Assembly: GCF_009914755.1 (NCBI RefSeq)
Contig: NC_060932.1
Direction: 5' to 3' (one strand)
Source of the DNA: the human T2T-CHM13v2.0 reference genome, Homo sapiens
DNA length: 64,000 bases
Of this stretch, positions 27,703-42,829 are shown piece by piece (the stretch's first letter is position 1; each line of letters starts with the position of its first letter). The position numbers were made by a program, and so were the translations under genes. Under the pieces are notes generated by a model. It made no database searches, had not been told where the DNA came from, and was given only the letters and a program-made list of their open reading frames with translations.

Positions 27703-29470
27703 AGAGATGCTCAAATAGTAATTAATCAATGAGGTGAACTCACTGCCTTTTTGAGGTGCCCAGTCACAGACAACATTTATATATGGCAGATATTCTTTTT
27801 TTTTTTTTCTTTTTTTTTGAGACAGAGTTCTGCTGTGTTGCACCTGGCCTGGTAACATCCTATTGACCAAAGCAAATCACATGCCCAAGGCCAGAGTGGG
27901 GACTGTTTGGTGGGGGATGGGCACTTTAAAGTTATAAGACAAACACTGTGATTTCATGGAGGACATAAGTGCGGTCATTAACACAACCAATCTGTGAGAC
28001 ACCTGGATTCCTAAACCTATTATGATACTAAACCTTAAAAGCTTGTTCACGAGAAATAGCATAACATTTCCATATTATAAATTCCAGATACTTCAGAAAG
28101 TAGAGTAGTCTAAAAAAATGTAACACGGTGTTTATAAGTTTTGAATTTTTATTTGGAATTTGGCACCCAGTTTTACAAAACTATAGATTTTTTTAAAATA
28201 TGGATTCAGCAACTGAGGTACGCTCATCAAGTATAAGAGTGAAGATAAGCTATGCAATAATAGAAATTATAAATTGCAACTAATTTTCTTGAACCCTTCA
28301 AAGTGAACTGATAAGATAGATAATATAGAGGATTCACTAGAGAAGGAAACAGGAGGTAACATAGCAAAATTCAGCCTACAAAGATAGCGCGTACATGTGC
28401 ATGCACACACACAAGAAGGCTGTAGCCAAATCCTCCAAACAAATCTTTTAAAAAGTTACTGGAAAAATTGAATCTAGCAGCATTTTAGGAGAATAATTCT
28501 ACTGGTTGGTATTTTTCCGGCAGCAAAAAAGCCATATGTAAGTAATTTCAGCTGATACAGGGGATATCTCTCCCTAGTCTCTCCACAGTCTCTCCACAGT
28601 CATATGGCCAGGTCTCCTGAAAGACTGGAATGACATTCAGGATGCACTGATGCTCCAGAGCTTCACAACTACAGTAATCAACATGGAAATCCCATTTGTC
28701 CTATGATCCCTCACAGCAAGTACCTTTTGCTCTCTATTTTTGCTACTCTTCCATATTTGTGGCTAAATGTATCTCTGCTTCTACAGTGTCTGTTTCTGTT
28801 TTACCACTACTTCGATCTAACTGTTTTTACTCTTACTCCATGGCTTCTGATTATTGCTTCTCTCTCTTTGTTTCCATGCCAGTCTGTTTTCCGTATCTCA
28901 TTCTGAGTGTCTGATACTGCCAGACTGTCATCTTCCAGGAAAGGGTTGGCAAGCTCTTCTCTCAGGCCCTGTCTTAGGCAACAGGCTGGTTTTATAAATG
29001 AACATCTTTGGGTCACGAACTCATCACTGCTCTGCTCAGCTGTTGTCAGTGTTGGTGTTATTGGGCAAAAATGAATCCCAGAGATGGAGGACTACAGGTA
29101 CTTGGAGGTCTCTCAGATGAGGATGACCTAACTGTCAAGTGCTTTCCATAGACTGTTTAATATAAAAACCACTATAAACAAGAAAAGACTAATCTAGGAA
29201 TGCAAGGATAAATCATTATGAGGAAACCTATTAATATAACACAACCTGTCAATGAACAAAAAGGGAAAAATTACACATCATCCTGAAAGAGGTTGGAAAA
29301 AAGCAATTGATGTGCTAGTATAGATTTAATATTAGTTAATGTAGTTTTTCTAGCCAAATTTTTAATCTGGTGGATCTATACAAAGAAAAATATAACATTT
29401 TGCTGGGGGAAATACAAGTGGATGTAAATAAATGCCAAGAATACTATGTTCTCTAATGAAGAGACTGTTA

Positions 29471-29770
<300 letters not shown>

Positions 29771-30609
29771 AAGTAACAGTGGAATAATTAAGATGGTATT
29801 ACAGGACACAGGCATACTTAAATCTAGCTGTGGTCCAGACACTTCTTCTTCCTGAAAGGTCCCTGAGGAATATAAATAGGTGACAATGACAAAGACAAAG
29901 ATGAGCAAAGTAATACTTTATTATTAGGGGCCTTCATGGTGATACTAATCCCCAAATATTTTCTGTTTCCCACAGCTTGGACTACCACTAATGTTGTATT
30001 AAAGGAAAAAGTAAAGAGAGCTATGAGGAGGCGAAAAATAGAGAGAGAAAAAAGAACAGTAATGGTATCTAGGCCTGCTCAAAGGAAGCTGTGTACACCG
30101 ACCTTTGAACACATTGTCGCTATTTCTGCTCATGAATATGGCCCACTCAGTGTCATGAAACCCCACCAAAAACATTAACTGCTTTATTCAGGATCACGAG
30201 GAAGGAAGGCAGAGGAAAATAGAATGGAGAGAATCAAATATTGTAAAATATCAGTTCTTCCCAAATTAGGTTCAGTGCAATCCCAAACACCATCTTGATG
30301 AGGTTTTTTTTTAAAAAAAAATAGACAAAATAACTAATATAACCAATAATAATAATCATGTGAGAATAAGCAAGAAAATTTTGAAAAGAGAGGGTAATGA
30401 GAGCCTGAACACACACTTATGCTCATACACTGTGGTGTGTGCCCAGTGCCCTGTTGTGATTGGTCAGTTCATTTGCTCTGATTGGTTTATGGTTGTGCTT
30501 TACTAGCTGTTAAACATTTGGTATATCAACCTTGCTTATAGGTATTAAATTATATAATATAGTTACAGTAATTAATAGTGTGATACAAACAGGTAAAAAA
30601 ACAAAAAAG

Positions 30610-30950
30610 AGCTGGGTGTGGTGGCTCATGCCTATAATCCCAGCACTTTGTAAGGCCAAGGCAGGAGGATTACTTGAGGCCAGAAGTTTGAGACCAGCCC
30701 ACATGACAAAGCAAGACCCTGTCTCTACAAAACTAAAAAAGAAATTAGCTGGATGTGGTGGCACGTGCCTGTGATCCCAGTTACACGGGAGGCTGAGGCA
30801 GGAGTTTTGCTTGAGCCCAGGAAGTCAAGGCTGCAGTGAACTATGTTTTCACCACTGCACTCCAGACTGGTCAACAGACCAAGACCCTATCTCAAAAACC
30901 AACCAAACAACAACAACAACAACAACAAAAAAGAAGAAGAACAAGAAAAG
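30610..30950 (+). mobile_element. AluJ with (CAA)n tail
   Basis: Dimer followed by CAA repeats. Confidence 0.9.
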
Positions 30951-31775
30951 GAACAGAACAGATGACCTAGAAATAAATCCTTGTTTCGTGAGGTGAAAAA
31001 AAGTGATTTTGACATTTTCTGTGAGAATTTCTCTTGGGAAATAAATCATTTTCTTGAGAAAGATTTCTTAATATATTGCATGAACGTAAGAGGCAAGATC
31101 CTAGGGGCATAGTTTGGAAGAACATAATGAAACAAAGAGACAAGCAAACCACTCTGCTTAAGAAATAAAAAATAATTTATATGAAAAGAGAGTGAAGAGA
31201 AGAAGCAGCACCATGTGTGTGGAGTGAAGCAGCTGGTAGGAAATTCCTGGCTATGGGTTGGCTGAAGGGCTTCTGAAAGCAGGGAGCTCCTAAAGACCAA
31301 TTTTAAATTGGATGCATTGCTGTATGCAAATCCCTTTTGTCTCCCCTGTCAGTGGGGAGGATGCTACAAACAAAGAACAACTTTTATAAGTGAGGTTTTC
31401 TTTTTGGGGGGATAGGGTGGTGAGAAGAAATTAAAAAGAGTCTCCAGATTTGTGTCTAGTGTAGAACAGAGAAGAGACCAGCCATGTGGGATGTGTATGT
31501 GTGAAAGGAAAAGTTAATTAGGAGCTTATTCACACAGCCAGAAGAGACCATGTGAACATATGTTTTTGGGAATTCAGAGAGGCTGTAGGAGGGAGAGAGA
31601 CTAGACTTCCAATGGGCTGTTGGCTAAGGGGTTGGAGCCAATTTTATTTAAATCTCGAGGGGTGGGCCTGTGTGTGTAAATACATAGCAAATCACACAAA
31701 GACACACAATAATCAAACAGTTCAAAACCAATGATATAGACAAATATTTTGAAAGAAACAACAGCAAAATGGTGC

Positions 31776-32082
31776 GTGTCTTTGTCCATTTTGTGCTGCT
31801 ATAACAGAATACTTGAGACTGAGTAATTTATAATGAACAGAAATTTATTCGTTTGTGAATCTGGAAGCTGGGAAGTCTAAGATCAAGGTGCTGGCATCTT
31901 GGAAGGGCCTTCTTGCTGTGTCATATCATGGCAGAATATGGAAGGGTAAAGAGAGAGTAAGAGGGGTGTGAATTCACCATTTTATAAGAGCACCAATCCC
32001 ACCCATGAGGATAGAGCTCTCATAGCATAATCAGCAACTAAAATTCCCACCTCTTAGAACTGTTACAATGGCAATTAAATTT
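31776..32082 (-). mobile_element. MST (C/D-type) MaLR LTR, truncated
   Basis: GTCCATTTTGTGCTGCTATAACAGAATAC...GGGAAGTCTAAGATCAAGGTGCTGGCATC. Confidence 0.8.
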
Positions 32083-32104
32083 CTTTTCTTTCTTTCTTTC
32101 TTTC

Positions 32105-32135
<31 letters not shown>

Positions 32136-32252
32136 TGAGACAGGGTCTTGCTCGTCACCCAGGCACAGTGTAGTGTTGTGGTCATGGCTCACTGCAGGTT
32201 AAACCTCCTGGGCTCAAGCAATCCTCGCACCTCAGCTTCCCCAGTAGCTGGG
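32083..32252 (-). mobile_element. Partial Alu right arm
   Basis: T tail plus right arm ending at CAGTAGCTGGG. Confidence 0.85.
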
Positions 32253-32975
32253 TTTATTTGCAAAACAAGAGCAAATACACCCAACGTAAGTAGAAATGTA
32301 GCAATAATAAAAATGAAAGCTGAAATAAATGAAAGAGAAAATAATCAAACAATAACATTAATGAAATCAAAGCTCTTCTTTGAAAAGATCGAATTGAAAT
32401 ACCTTTAACCAAACTGATCATGTAAAAGGCAGAGAGTATACAAATTACAAATATTAGGAATAAAAGATGGGACATCACTACAATCCTATAAATATTAAAG
32501 AATAACAAAGAAATATGATTAACAACTTTGGGTCAATAAACCTGAAAACTTAAATGAAATGGACAAATATCTTAAAAGACAAAATTACCCAAACTGGCAT
32601 AAAAAAATAGAAAATGTGAACTGTCTTTAATTTATAAAAGAAATTAAATTCACACTTTAAACTTTCTCAAAAAGAAAACTCTAGTGTAGGTAATAGATAA
32701 GGAGCATACACTTCCAAGCTCATTTTATCAGGTCAGTCTCACCGTGATAATATAGACAAAGATATTACAAGAAAACTACAGATCAATATCCCTAATGAAT
32801 TTGGATTCATTAACATCCTTTAAAACATCAGCAAATAAAAACCCAGCAATATATAAAAGGGAGAATGCATCATGACCAAGTGTGGTTTATCCCAGAAATG
32901 TAAGTTAGTTTGACATTTGAAAATCAAAAAACTTAATTAATCATATTAATAGTCTACACACAAAAACAAAAATCA

Positions 32976-33340
<365 letters not shown>

Positions 33341-33755
33341 AAGCTCTCAGCAAACTAAGAAAAGAAGAGAACTTCCTCAACCTCATAAATTACGTATACA
33401 AAAAGCCTAAAGATAGTATACTTGATGGTAAAACACTGAATGCTTTGTCTGAAAATCAGGAACAAGGTAAGGATGTATTTCTCATCACTTCTGCTCAACA
33501 TTGTACTGGATGTTCTAGTCCATGCAATAGGGCAAGAAAAGGAAATAAAAGCATACAGAATGGAAGGAAAAAAATAAAACTCTTTATTTGGAGAAACATG
33601 ATTGTATACATAGAAAATCAAAAGAAATCTATAAAATACTACTAGAACTAATAGGTTTTTAAACATGATCTCAGTGTACAGGACTAATATTAAAAAAGAA
33701 TTGTATTTAAATACCCTATTAATGAACCACTAACAATGAAATATCATTTATAATA

Positions 33756-35031
33756 TGAGGGCACTTCAAAATGTTCATGGAAAAATTGAATTAAAAGATA
33801 AAGAATATAAACTTTATTTCTCAACATAAGCTCCATCGAGGTCAACCATGGTTGTAAGTGATGACACCAGTCATTTAATCCATCCCTAAAAAAATTGAGA
33901 TTCATGGAAATTTAACCATGTCTTTTTTACATGATTAAATGACGAAAAATGGGAGCCCTTTGCAGATTTTTTAAGATTAGGAAACAAAAAGAAGTTAGAA
34001 AGAGCCAAATTAGGACTGTAAGGTCGATGCCTAATGATTTCTCATTGAAAGTCTTGTAAAATTGCCCTTGTTTGATGAGAAGAATGAGTGGGAGCATTGT
34101 TGCGGTAGAAAAAGACTGGTGAAGCTTTTCCAGGAATTTTTCTGCTAAAGCTTTAGCAAACTTTCTCAAAACACTCTTGAAACAAGCAGATATTATTGTT
34201 CTTTGGCTCTTCAGAAAGTCAACAAGCAAAATAAGTATCCCAAAAAACTATTCCCACGACCTTTGCTCTTGGCAGGTCTGCTTTTGCTTTGACTGGACCA
34301 CTTCCACCTCTTGGTAGCCATTGCTCTGATTGTACTTTGTCTTCGGGATTATACTGGTAAAGCCATGTTTCATCTCCTGTTACAATTCTTGAAAGAAATG
34401 CTTCAGGATTTTCATCTTACTTGTTTAAAATTTCCATTAAAACTCTGTTCTTGTTTGCAGTTGATCTGGGTACAATGGTTTTGGCACCTGTTGAGTGAAA
34501 AGTTTGCTCCACTTTAGTTTTTCAGTCAGATTGTGTAAGCTATGAGATTTGAGTTTTCTATGGTGTTGGCTATTGTTTCTCCCACTAATTGTTAGGCCTC
34601 TTGAATGAGGTTATGAACAAGGTGAGTTTTTTCCTTGCAAACTGATGTGAAGGTCTGTCATTGCAGGCTTCATCTTTTACATAATCTCCTCCCTTCTTAA
34701 AATGAATTACCCATTTGTAAACTGCTGATTGCTTTGGTGCATTGTCCCAATAAATTTTTCATAAAGCATCAGTGATTTTACCATTGTTCTACCCAAGCTT
34801 CCCCATAAATTTGATGTTTGTTCTTGCTTCAACTCTAGCAGAATTCATGCTACTCTGATAGGGGCTTTTTTTCAAACTGATGTCTTATCCTTCTTAGTGA
34901 CTCAAAATACATCCTGCTCATACATGTTATAGCAAGTTAGTATGAGTTCATCTGGGGGCGAAAAATTTTAAAATCCATGCATAGTTTTTTCAAAATATGC
35001 ATATTTCTATGAACTTGTTGAAGATCTCTTG
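33756..35031 (-). mobile_element. Full-length HSMAR2 mariner DNA transposon with a disrupted transposase
   Basis: Both TIRs (TGAGGGCACTTCAAAATGTTCATGGAAAA and ATTTCTATGAACTTGTTGAAGATCTCTTG) at a TA site. ATG at 34848 gives MNSARVEARTNIKFMGKLG*; later LVDFL...SVLRK and YSPNLA (consensus YSPDLAP). Confidence 0.93.
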
Positions 35032-35543
35032 CAGCATCAAAAAGCATAACATATGCAAAGAACCTGGAAGAGTCAAAATCATTTTGAAAAAGAACAAATT
35101 TGGAAAATTTACACTTCCCAATTTTAAGACTTTCTAAAGTTATAGTAATCAAGACAGTGTGATATTTGTGTAAGGATAGACATATGGTTCAATGGAAGGA
35201 ATAGAGAGCCCAGAAATAGACAGAGTTTTCACAAAAGTTCCAAAGTAATTCAATGGGGAAAGGATTGTCTTTTCAACAAATGGTATTGAAACAACCATAT
35301 ATCTATTTAGAAAAAAAAAATGAACATTGACTCTTTCATCTCAGCATATGCAAAAATTATTTTGAAATAGATTATAGACCCAAATGTAAAAGCTAAAGCT
35401 ATAAACTTTAAGAAAAAAAGTATTAACAAATCTTCACTGTCTTAAAGTAAAATTTCTTAAATATGTCACAAAATGATGTGAACTTCATCAAAATAAAAAC
35501 ATTGACTTTTCAAAACACATTGTTAAGAAAATGAAAATGCAAG

Positions 35544-36037
35544 TATATTTGTTGTATAAAAATTTCTCCAAAACCTAGTGACCGAAAACAATAATACAGA
35601 TTTATTATTTCTCACAGTTTTTGCAGTTCTGGAATATATGTATTTCTTGGCTGGCTACTTCTGGCATAGAGTGTTACGTGAGATTGCAGTCATCTGAAGA
35701 CTTGAGAGGGATTGGAAGATCCATTTCCAAGGTGCCACATATGGCTAGCAAATTGCTGCTGTCCATTTATCAACAGGCCTCAGTTCCTGTCTGAGGCAAG
35801 ACAGCAAGACAAAATCCTTGCTAAAGCACTGTCTTTCTCTAGAGCAAGAGTACCCCAAGGCAGCAAGGTGGGAGCTGCAATATCTTTTATGATGTTGTCT
35901 CAGAAGACAGGTACTATCACTTCTACAATTTTCTCTTGGTCACATAGGTCAGTCAATAGGGGAAAGTACTGTATAAGAGTGTATACATACCAGGAGTCCA
36001 GAATCAATGGGGTCCATCTTGGGGGCTGACTGCCATA
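35544..36037 (-). mobile_element. MLT1 solo LTR in L1
   Basis: Perfect 5-bp TSD GCAAG (35539-35543 and 36038-36042). Confidence 0.8.
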
Positions 36038-36701
36038 GCAAGCCATAATCTGGGAGAAAATATTCACAACACCAATATCTGACAAAGGATAGTATAAAAG
36101 ACAGAATATACACACCCCAGTAATAAGAGGAAAAAACCAATTTGAAGTAGACAAAAGGTTTGAACAGATACTTCTGTTCAAATACACACATGCCCCTTAA
36201 GGACAGGAAAAGATACTCAACATGATTAGTTATTAGGAAAATGCAAATTTAAATACAATAATTGAAAATTAGAAGGATTACCAAACATTGGAGAAGAAAT
36301 GAAGCAACTGGAACTCTCATATATTACTGGTGGAAATGGAAATGGTACAACCACTTTGGAAAACAGTTTGGCAATTTATCATAAAGTTAGATATATGACA
36401 ATATGACCTAGCTGTTTTACTCTTAGGCATTATTTATCCAAGAAAAATACTTTTAACCAAATGTTCATAGAATCTTTAGTCATAGTAGCCAAAAACTGGA
36501 AACAAACCAATTATCTATGAATAGGACAAAAATAAACAAATTGTAGCAAATCCATACAAGGGATCACTACTCCACTAGAAAAGAAGAAATAACTACTGCA
36601 CAGAATATTACAAATGCATCTCTGAAACATGCTGAGCTGAAACCACATACAAGAGAGTATATACTGGATGATACCACTTATATCAAATTCTTGAAAAAGT
36701 G

Positions 36702-36996
36702 GGCCGAGATGCAGTGGCTCCCACCTGTACTCCCAGCACTTTGGGAGGCTGAGGCAGAAGGATTGCCTGAGGCCAGGAGTTTGAGACAAACCTGGGCAAC
36801 ACGGCAAGACCCCATCTCAACAAAAAGTTAAAGAATTAGCTGGGCCCTGTGGTACATGCCTGTAGTCCCAGTTTCTCAAGGGGCTGAAGCGGGAGAATCC
36901 CTTGAGCCCAGGAGATTGAAGCTGCTGTGAGCTGTGTCAATGCCATGGCACTCCAGTCTGGGTGACAGAGTGAGACCCTGTCTCAAAAATAAAAAA
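36702..36996 (+). mobile_element. AluJ
   Basis: Full dimer. Confidence 0.9.
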
Positions 36997-37270
36997 TGAA
37001 ATTATGTAAAAAGTAGAATTATTCTACAGTGACAGAATGCAAACAAGTAGTTACCTAGGACCAGAAGTAGTTGGGGGGAGGAAGGGCTTGAGAATACTTT
37101 TTGCCGTGTTGGAAATGTTCTGTATCATGATTGTGGTAATAGTTACACTGGTGTATTCATTTGTTAAAATTTATTGAACTGTACCATTAAAATGAGGTTA
37201 GTTTAGTGTATATAAACAATACCTCATTCAGGTCAATTAAAAAAGAGTATTGCAAAAATAAAAATAAAAA

Positions 37271-37558
37271 GTCTAGGCATGGTGGCTCATACCTGTAAAT
37301 CCCAGTGTTTTGGGAGGCCAAGGCAGGAAGGCCTGAAGTTCAAGACCAGCCTGGGCAAAATAGTGAGACCCTGTGTCTATAAAAATATTTTAAAAATAAA
37401 AACAAAGAGTATCAGTAAAGGCCAGGTGCGGTGGCTCACTCCTGTAATCCCAGCACTTTGGGAGGCCAAGGTGGGCAGATCACCTGAGGTCAGGAGTTCA
37501 AGAGCAGCCTGGTCAACTTGGTGAAACCCTGTCTTTACTAAAAATATTTTTTAAAAAA
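37271..37558 (+). mobile_element. Two tandem Alu left-arm monomers
   Basis: 37271-37406 and 37420-37558, each ending in an A-rich tract. Confidence 0.82.
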
Positions 37559-37865
37559 GACCATCACAAGAAATAATTTCCTTCATAAGATATAACTGCT
37601 TTAAGTTATATCTTATGGCATGGGAAGCCCTTAAGACTGATATACCTACTTACTTTGTTCGGTACTTATAGGAAGGTAAACAGGAGAGGGGAACATCAGA
37701 AGAGGAGAGGACTGCCTCATGTTGGTATTTCACTCCTTCAAAGGAATTCTTAAGGAAGTGCAGATTGTCCTAAGGGGCACTGCTCTCTATGCTATCTGAG
37801 TTTTGGGCTTTGACCAGAAGGGGAGCATGAGAATGAGGAGAATACTAAAGAGGGCTAAGTAACAA

Positions 37866-37990
37866 GCACTTGGGTGATAGGATCATTTGTACACCAAGCC
37901 TCAGTGACACGCAATTTACACATGCAACAAACCTGCACAGGTATTCCCTGAACCTAAAATAAAAGTAGAAAAAGAGAAAAAAAAAAAAGA
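37866..37990 (+). mobile_element. Short L1PA/L1PB 3' end
   Basis: GGGTGATAGGATCATTTGTACACCAAGCCTCAG...CTGAACCTAAAATAAAAG plus A tail; flanking AACAAG repeat. Confidence 0.85.
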
Positions 37991-38097
37991 AACAAGTGAA
38001 GCAGCATTCAAATGAGTAATGGAAGTGAAGCAAACCCCACCTCTTTCACAAGTACAGGTGAAATAGGAAACTTTTAAAGTGCAAGGGAAAATAGGTT

Positions 38098-38322
38098 GGG
38101 GCAGTTTCTCAGCTTCAGCATTAATGCCATTTGGACCTGATCATTCCTTGTTTTTTGAGTGGAGTGATGGGGCTGTCTTGTGCACTGTAGGATGTTTAGC
38201 ACCCTCTGTCACATCTACCCACTAGATGCCAATGGAACATCCAACCTACCCCCATGAAAAATGTCGTAAGCCATTGCCAAAATCCCCTGGGATATGAAAT
38301 GGTCCCAAGTTGAGAACAACAG
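38098..38322. mobile_element. MER20 (hAT-Charlie)
   Basis: GGGCTGTCTTGTGCACTGTAGGATGTTTAGC...CTACCCACTAGATGCCA...GTTGAGAAC. Confidence 0.85.
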
Positions 38323-38819
38323 GATTAGTGTATTTGTTATCTATTTCTGGATAGATATAAATTATCTCCCAAATTTAGTGACTTAAAACAATAAGCACTT
38401 ATTTTACCGCTATAGTTTCTATGGGTTAAGCATTTGAGAGTAACTGAGTTGGGTGGTTCTGGTTCAAGGTCTTTGATGAGGCTGCAGTCAAGACGCAATC
38501 ATCTGAAGGCTTGACTTAGGCTGAAGGATCCACTTCTAAGATGTCTCACTCACGTGGTGATGGCAGCAGGCCTCAGACTCTGGTGGTTGTTGGCAGGATG
38601 TCTCAGTTCCTTGCCATGTGGGTCTCTACACAGGGCAGCTTCCTGTGTCTTTGCCATATGGCAACTGAGAATGATCTGAAAGAGAGTGGGAGAGGCTCCA
38701 TGATGCCTTTTTATGGCCTGGTCTTGGAAGTGACACACTGTCACTTTTGCTATATCTGTTAACAACAAGTCACTAATTACAGCCTACATTCCTTTTGGAA
38801 GAGAATTAGGCCTCACTGG

Positions 38820-39245
<426 letters not shown>

Positions 39246-39344
39246 AGGCTTTACTTTCTGAGGGCAGAAGTATCAAAATATTTGTAGACATATTTTATTA
39301 AGAAATTTAAAAAAATTATTCTTGGAAATATAATACAGACAGGG

Positions 39345-40033
<689 letters not shown>

Positions 40034-40779
40034 CAGGGTTTGTCATGTTGGTCAGGCCGGTATCAAACACCTGGCCTTAAGTGATCCACCTGCTTTGGGC
40101 TCTCAAAGTGTTGGGATTACAGGTGTGAGCCACAGTGCCCGGCCTGTAGACCTATTTTAAAACCACTACAGTTAGAGAACAATTTTTTAAACAAATGGTT
40201 TGGGGGAATACCATGAGCTATTTTTAAAGGAATAAAAGTTAGATTATCATTGCAAAATAAATCCAAGAAAATTAAATTATTTAATGAAAAAAGTAAAATA
40301 GTCAAACAAGTAGAAAAAAGTAAAGACAGATGAATTATATGATCTCAGGATGGGAAAGATGTATGAAGTAAAAAACAATGGAAGAATACAAAAATGGAAA
40401 AGATCAATAGTTTTACAAAGGACTAATATCTACATTGTGTGAAGCACCCTTTTGTGAAATACCTCAGTAAGAAAATGGACAAAGGACAAACAATAAGCTA
40501 CCATACATACACATATGAAAACATACCATGATGATTTGGGCACATGGAAGAAGGACAATCACATACTGTCATGTAGTGTTGTGGGAAAATTGATAACCAT
40601 TATGACAATCATTTCTTGATTATGTGCCATGCTCATGTGTTAAGTAGCTCTATGCGTGTTATTTATAGCAATTTATATATATTTTTTAATACAACATGTG
40701 GAAGCACTATATTAATTTTCTAGTTGAGACACAATTAGATTAAGCAATTGGCCAAATCTCTCAGCTCATAGGCAGCAGG

Positions 40780-41050
40780 AGGGTCAGGTTATCCATTAGG
40801 CACAGTAGACACAGTGCCTCAGGCTTATAACACTTTCGGGGGCCCATAAAAATGTTTTAATTTCTTTTAAAATCAGAAGGCAAAAAATTGAATATTTAGG
40901 TCAAAGAAAATATTTTAATGTATAATGTTAATATCTTTTTCTTCATACCAATGCAGTAATAAAATATATTTTGTAGTATTATTTTATGGAAGATGAGGCC
41001 CACACAGGTATAAGCACCTAGGGCCTGTGAAAGTCAGAATGTGGCACTGG
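40780..41050. mobile_element. hAT-Tip100-class MITE (MER96B/MER91-like) inside a MIR
   Basis: AGGGTCAGGTTATCCATTAGGCACAGTAGACACAGTGCC...TGTGGCACTG; approximate 8-bp TSD GG(CA/TG)GCAG. Confidence 0.55.
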
Positions 41051-41569
41051 GTGGCAGAGCTGTGTTTTGATGCTGGGCGATGTGATACCTGAGCCTATGC
41101 TCTTTCTGGAAGGTAGTTGCCAATATGTTTCAAAAGGGCTAAACTTGTTCATACTTTTTTATTACTTTTAATAATTTATCTAAGACAGTTAATAAGGACA
41201 TGAACAATGGTTATGGAATACTATTTATAATATTGTTCATTTGAAACCAAACAGTCAATAACAAAAGGCTGGTTCAATATTGGGTGTCAGCTTGAGGACT
41301 AGGTGAGTACTAAGAGCTTCTGAACGGGGAGGAAATTGAGCAATGAGGGGAGCTGAAAGTGAGACACAGAGCAGGAAGAGGAGGCCTGCATGCATTCTGG
41401 AGAAGGAGTCCAGATCCCTGCTGGGGAATACCTACGGAATTTCTGAGGACATGTTTGTAAGCACATTATTGCATCTATTTAAAGGGACCAGACAGCAAAA
41501 GCAAAAAGATGAAGAAAATCTTAGTACATGTTTAAAGCAGAGATGAGTGGGCACATATGGGGCACTGTG

Positions 41570-42200
41570 AAGAGTTTTTCATAACAGGAGAGATAGAGCA
41601 TGTGAGCATCAAAGGAACCTTGAATATCACGTTAATCTTTGTCAGGAGAGCTTCGAAAAGCCAAAGAATGATTTTAAGCAGTGGAATGACACAGATGTAT
41701 ATTTTCGAATGATCTTTGTGGATATAATGTGCACCAATTTCAACTATGAAGCCAGAGGACAAGAACTAATGCATGGAGGTAGGCGGGAATGTGCATTGTT
41801 CAGTCAAGAGATACTTGTTGAATTCTGTACACACTCATGAAGTGTTGGGGTTGTTTTTGGTACACAGTTCTTTCAAAAAGCTCAGTTAAAATGGAAGGGG
41901 AGAGAGAACCAGAGGTTTTAAAATCAAGGGAAAATTTAGGACCTAATCTTAAAACGTGATTATGCTGAGGAGTTGTAGGCAGTGGAGAGGGTGAAGTTAA
42001 AGATGTGCCAAGGACCGCCCACAGTGGGGAGCAGGCAGTGGAGGAGCAGGGACATCTAGCCTCCGAGATAGAAGGAAAACTAGTAAGTCTGGGTGTGGAC
42101 GTAGATATAATCTATGGGGGTTGGTCAGGTGGTTGGGCAAAAGCTGTAGAAATCCATGCCTGAAGGCTTCTGCTTCTCTGAAGTAGAAACCGGGTCACCT
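41570..42200 (-). mobile_element. Degenerate L2
   Basis: GATTTTAAGCAGTGGAATGACACAGAT...GATCTTTGTGG L2-like motifs. Confidence 0.6.
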
Positions 42201-42829
42201 GGTAAGCAATGTGGTCCCACTGACTTCTATTTGCACATTGGCCTTTCTTCTAAAAGCAATACACATAACCAACAGTACTTTTCTAAACTAGTTGACTTTT
42301 CTGTAAAATGCAGACAGTAGACACTACTTTGTCAGATTGTTGTGTGCGTTAATTGTGCGGACACGTGTACTCGGTCAATAAGTATCTGCTTTATCACCGG
42401 GCTGATGTGAGTGAGGACTAGGTGGTGGGGCTTCCACAGATGAACGTTTTGATTAATAAAAAATGGACTGAAAGTCTTCGGGTATGACCAATGGCTAAAT
42501 GCAATTATTTACTCTTGCAATGTGTTCGAGGTCACCCAGCTAGGTCAAGGAGTATTTATGGACAGCCTACTTTTGCCCCCGGACCTTAAGAAGTCCTGCT
42601 CCGGGATCAGCCGCCGACCGGAAAGTCAAATTAGCAGTGCCCAGCGCGAGCTTAGAGCAGCCTCTTCCCAAATCTCAGCGGCGGCCCCGCCCCTTCCACA
42701 CGTTCAGGCCCCGCCCCTCCCTACTATTGGCTGTCCGTCCCCCTCCGCTAGACTGCTCGGAAGACCCGGAGGAGCGGAGTTTTCCTAAGGCAGCATCCGA
42801 GCGCCCTCGCTGCGCATGCTCGGGGGAGG

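Noticed and set aside
33927-34229. 100-aa transposase-like ORF as a domesticated gene
   Set aside because: Piece of an HSMAR2 transposase with an early stop and frameshifts
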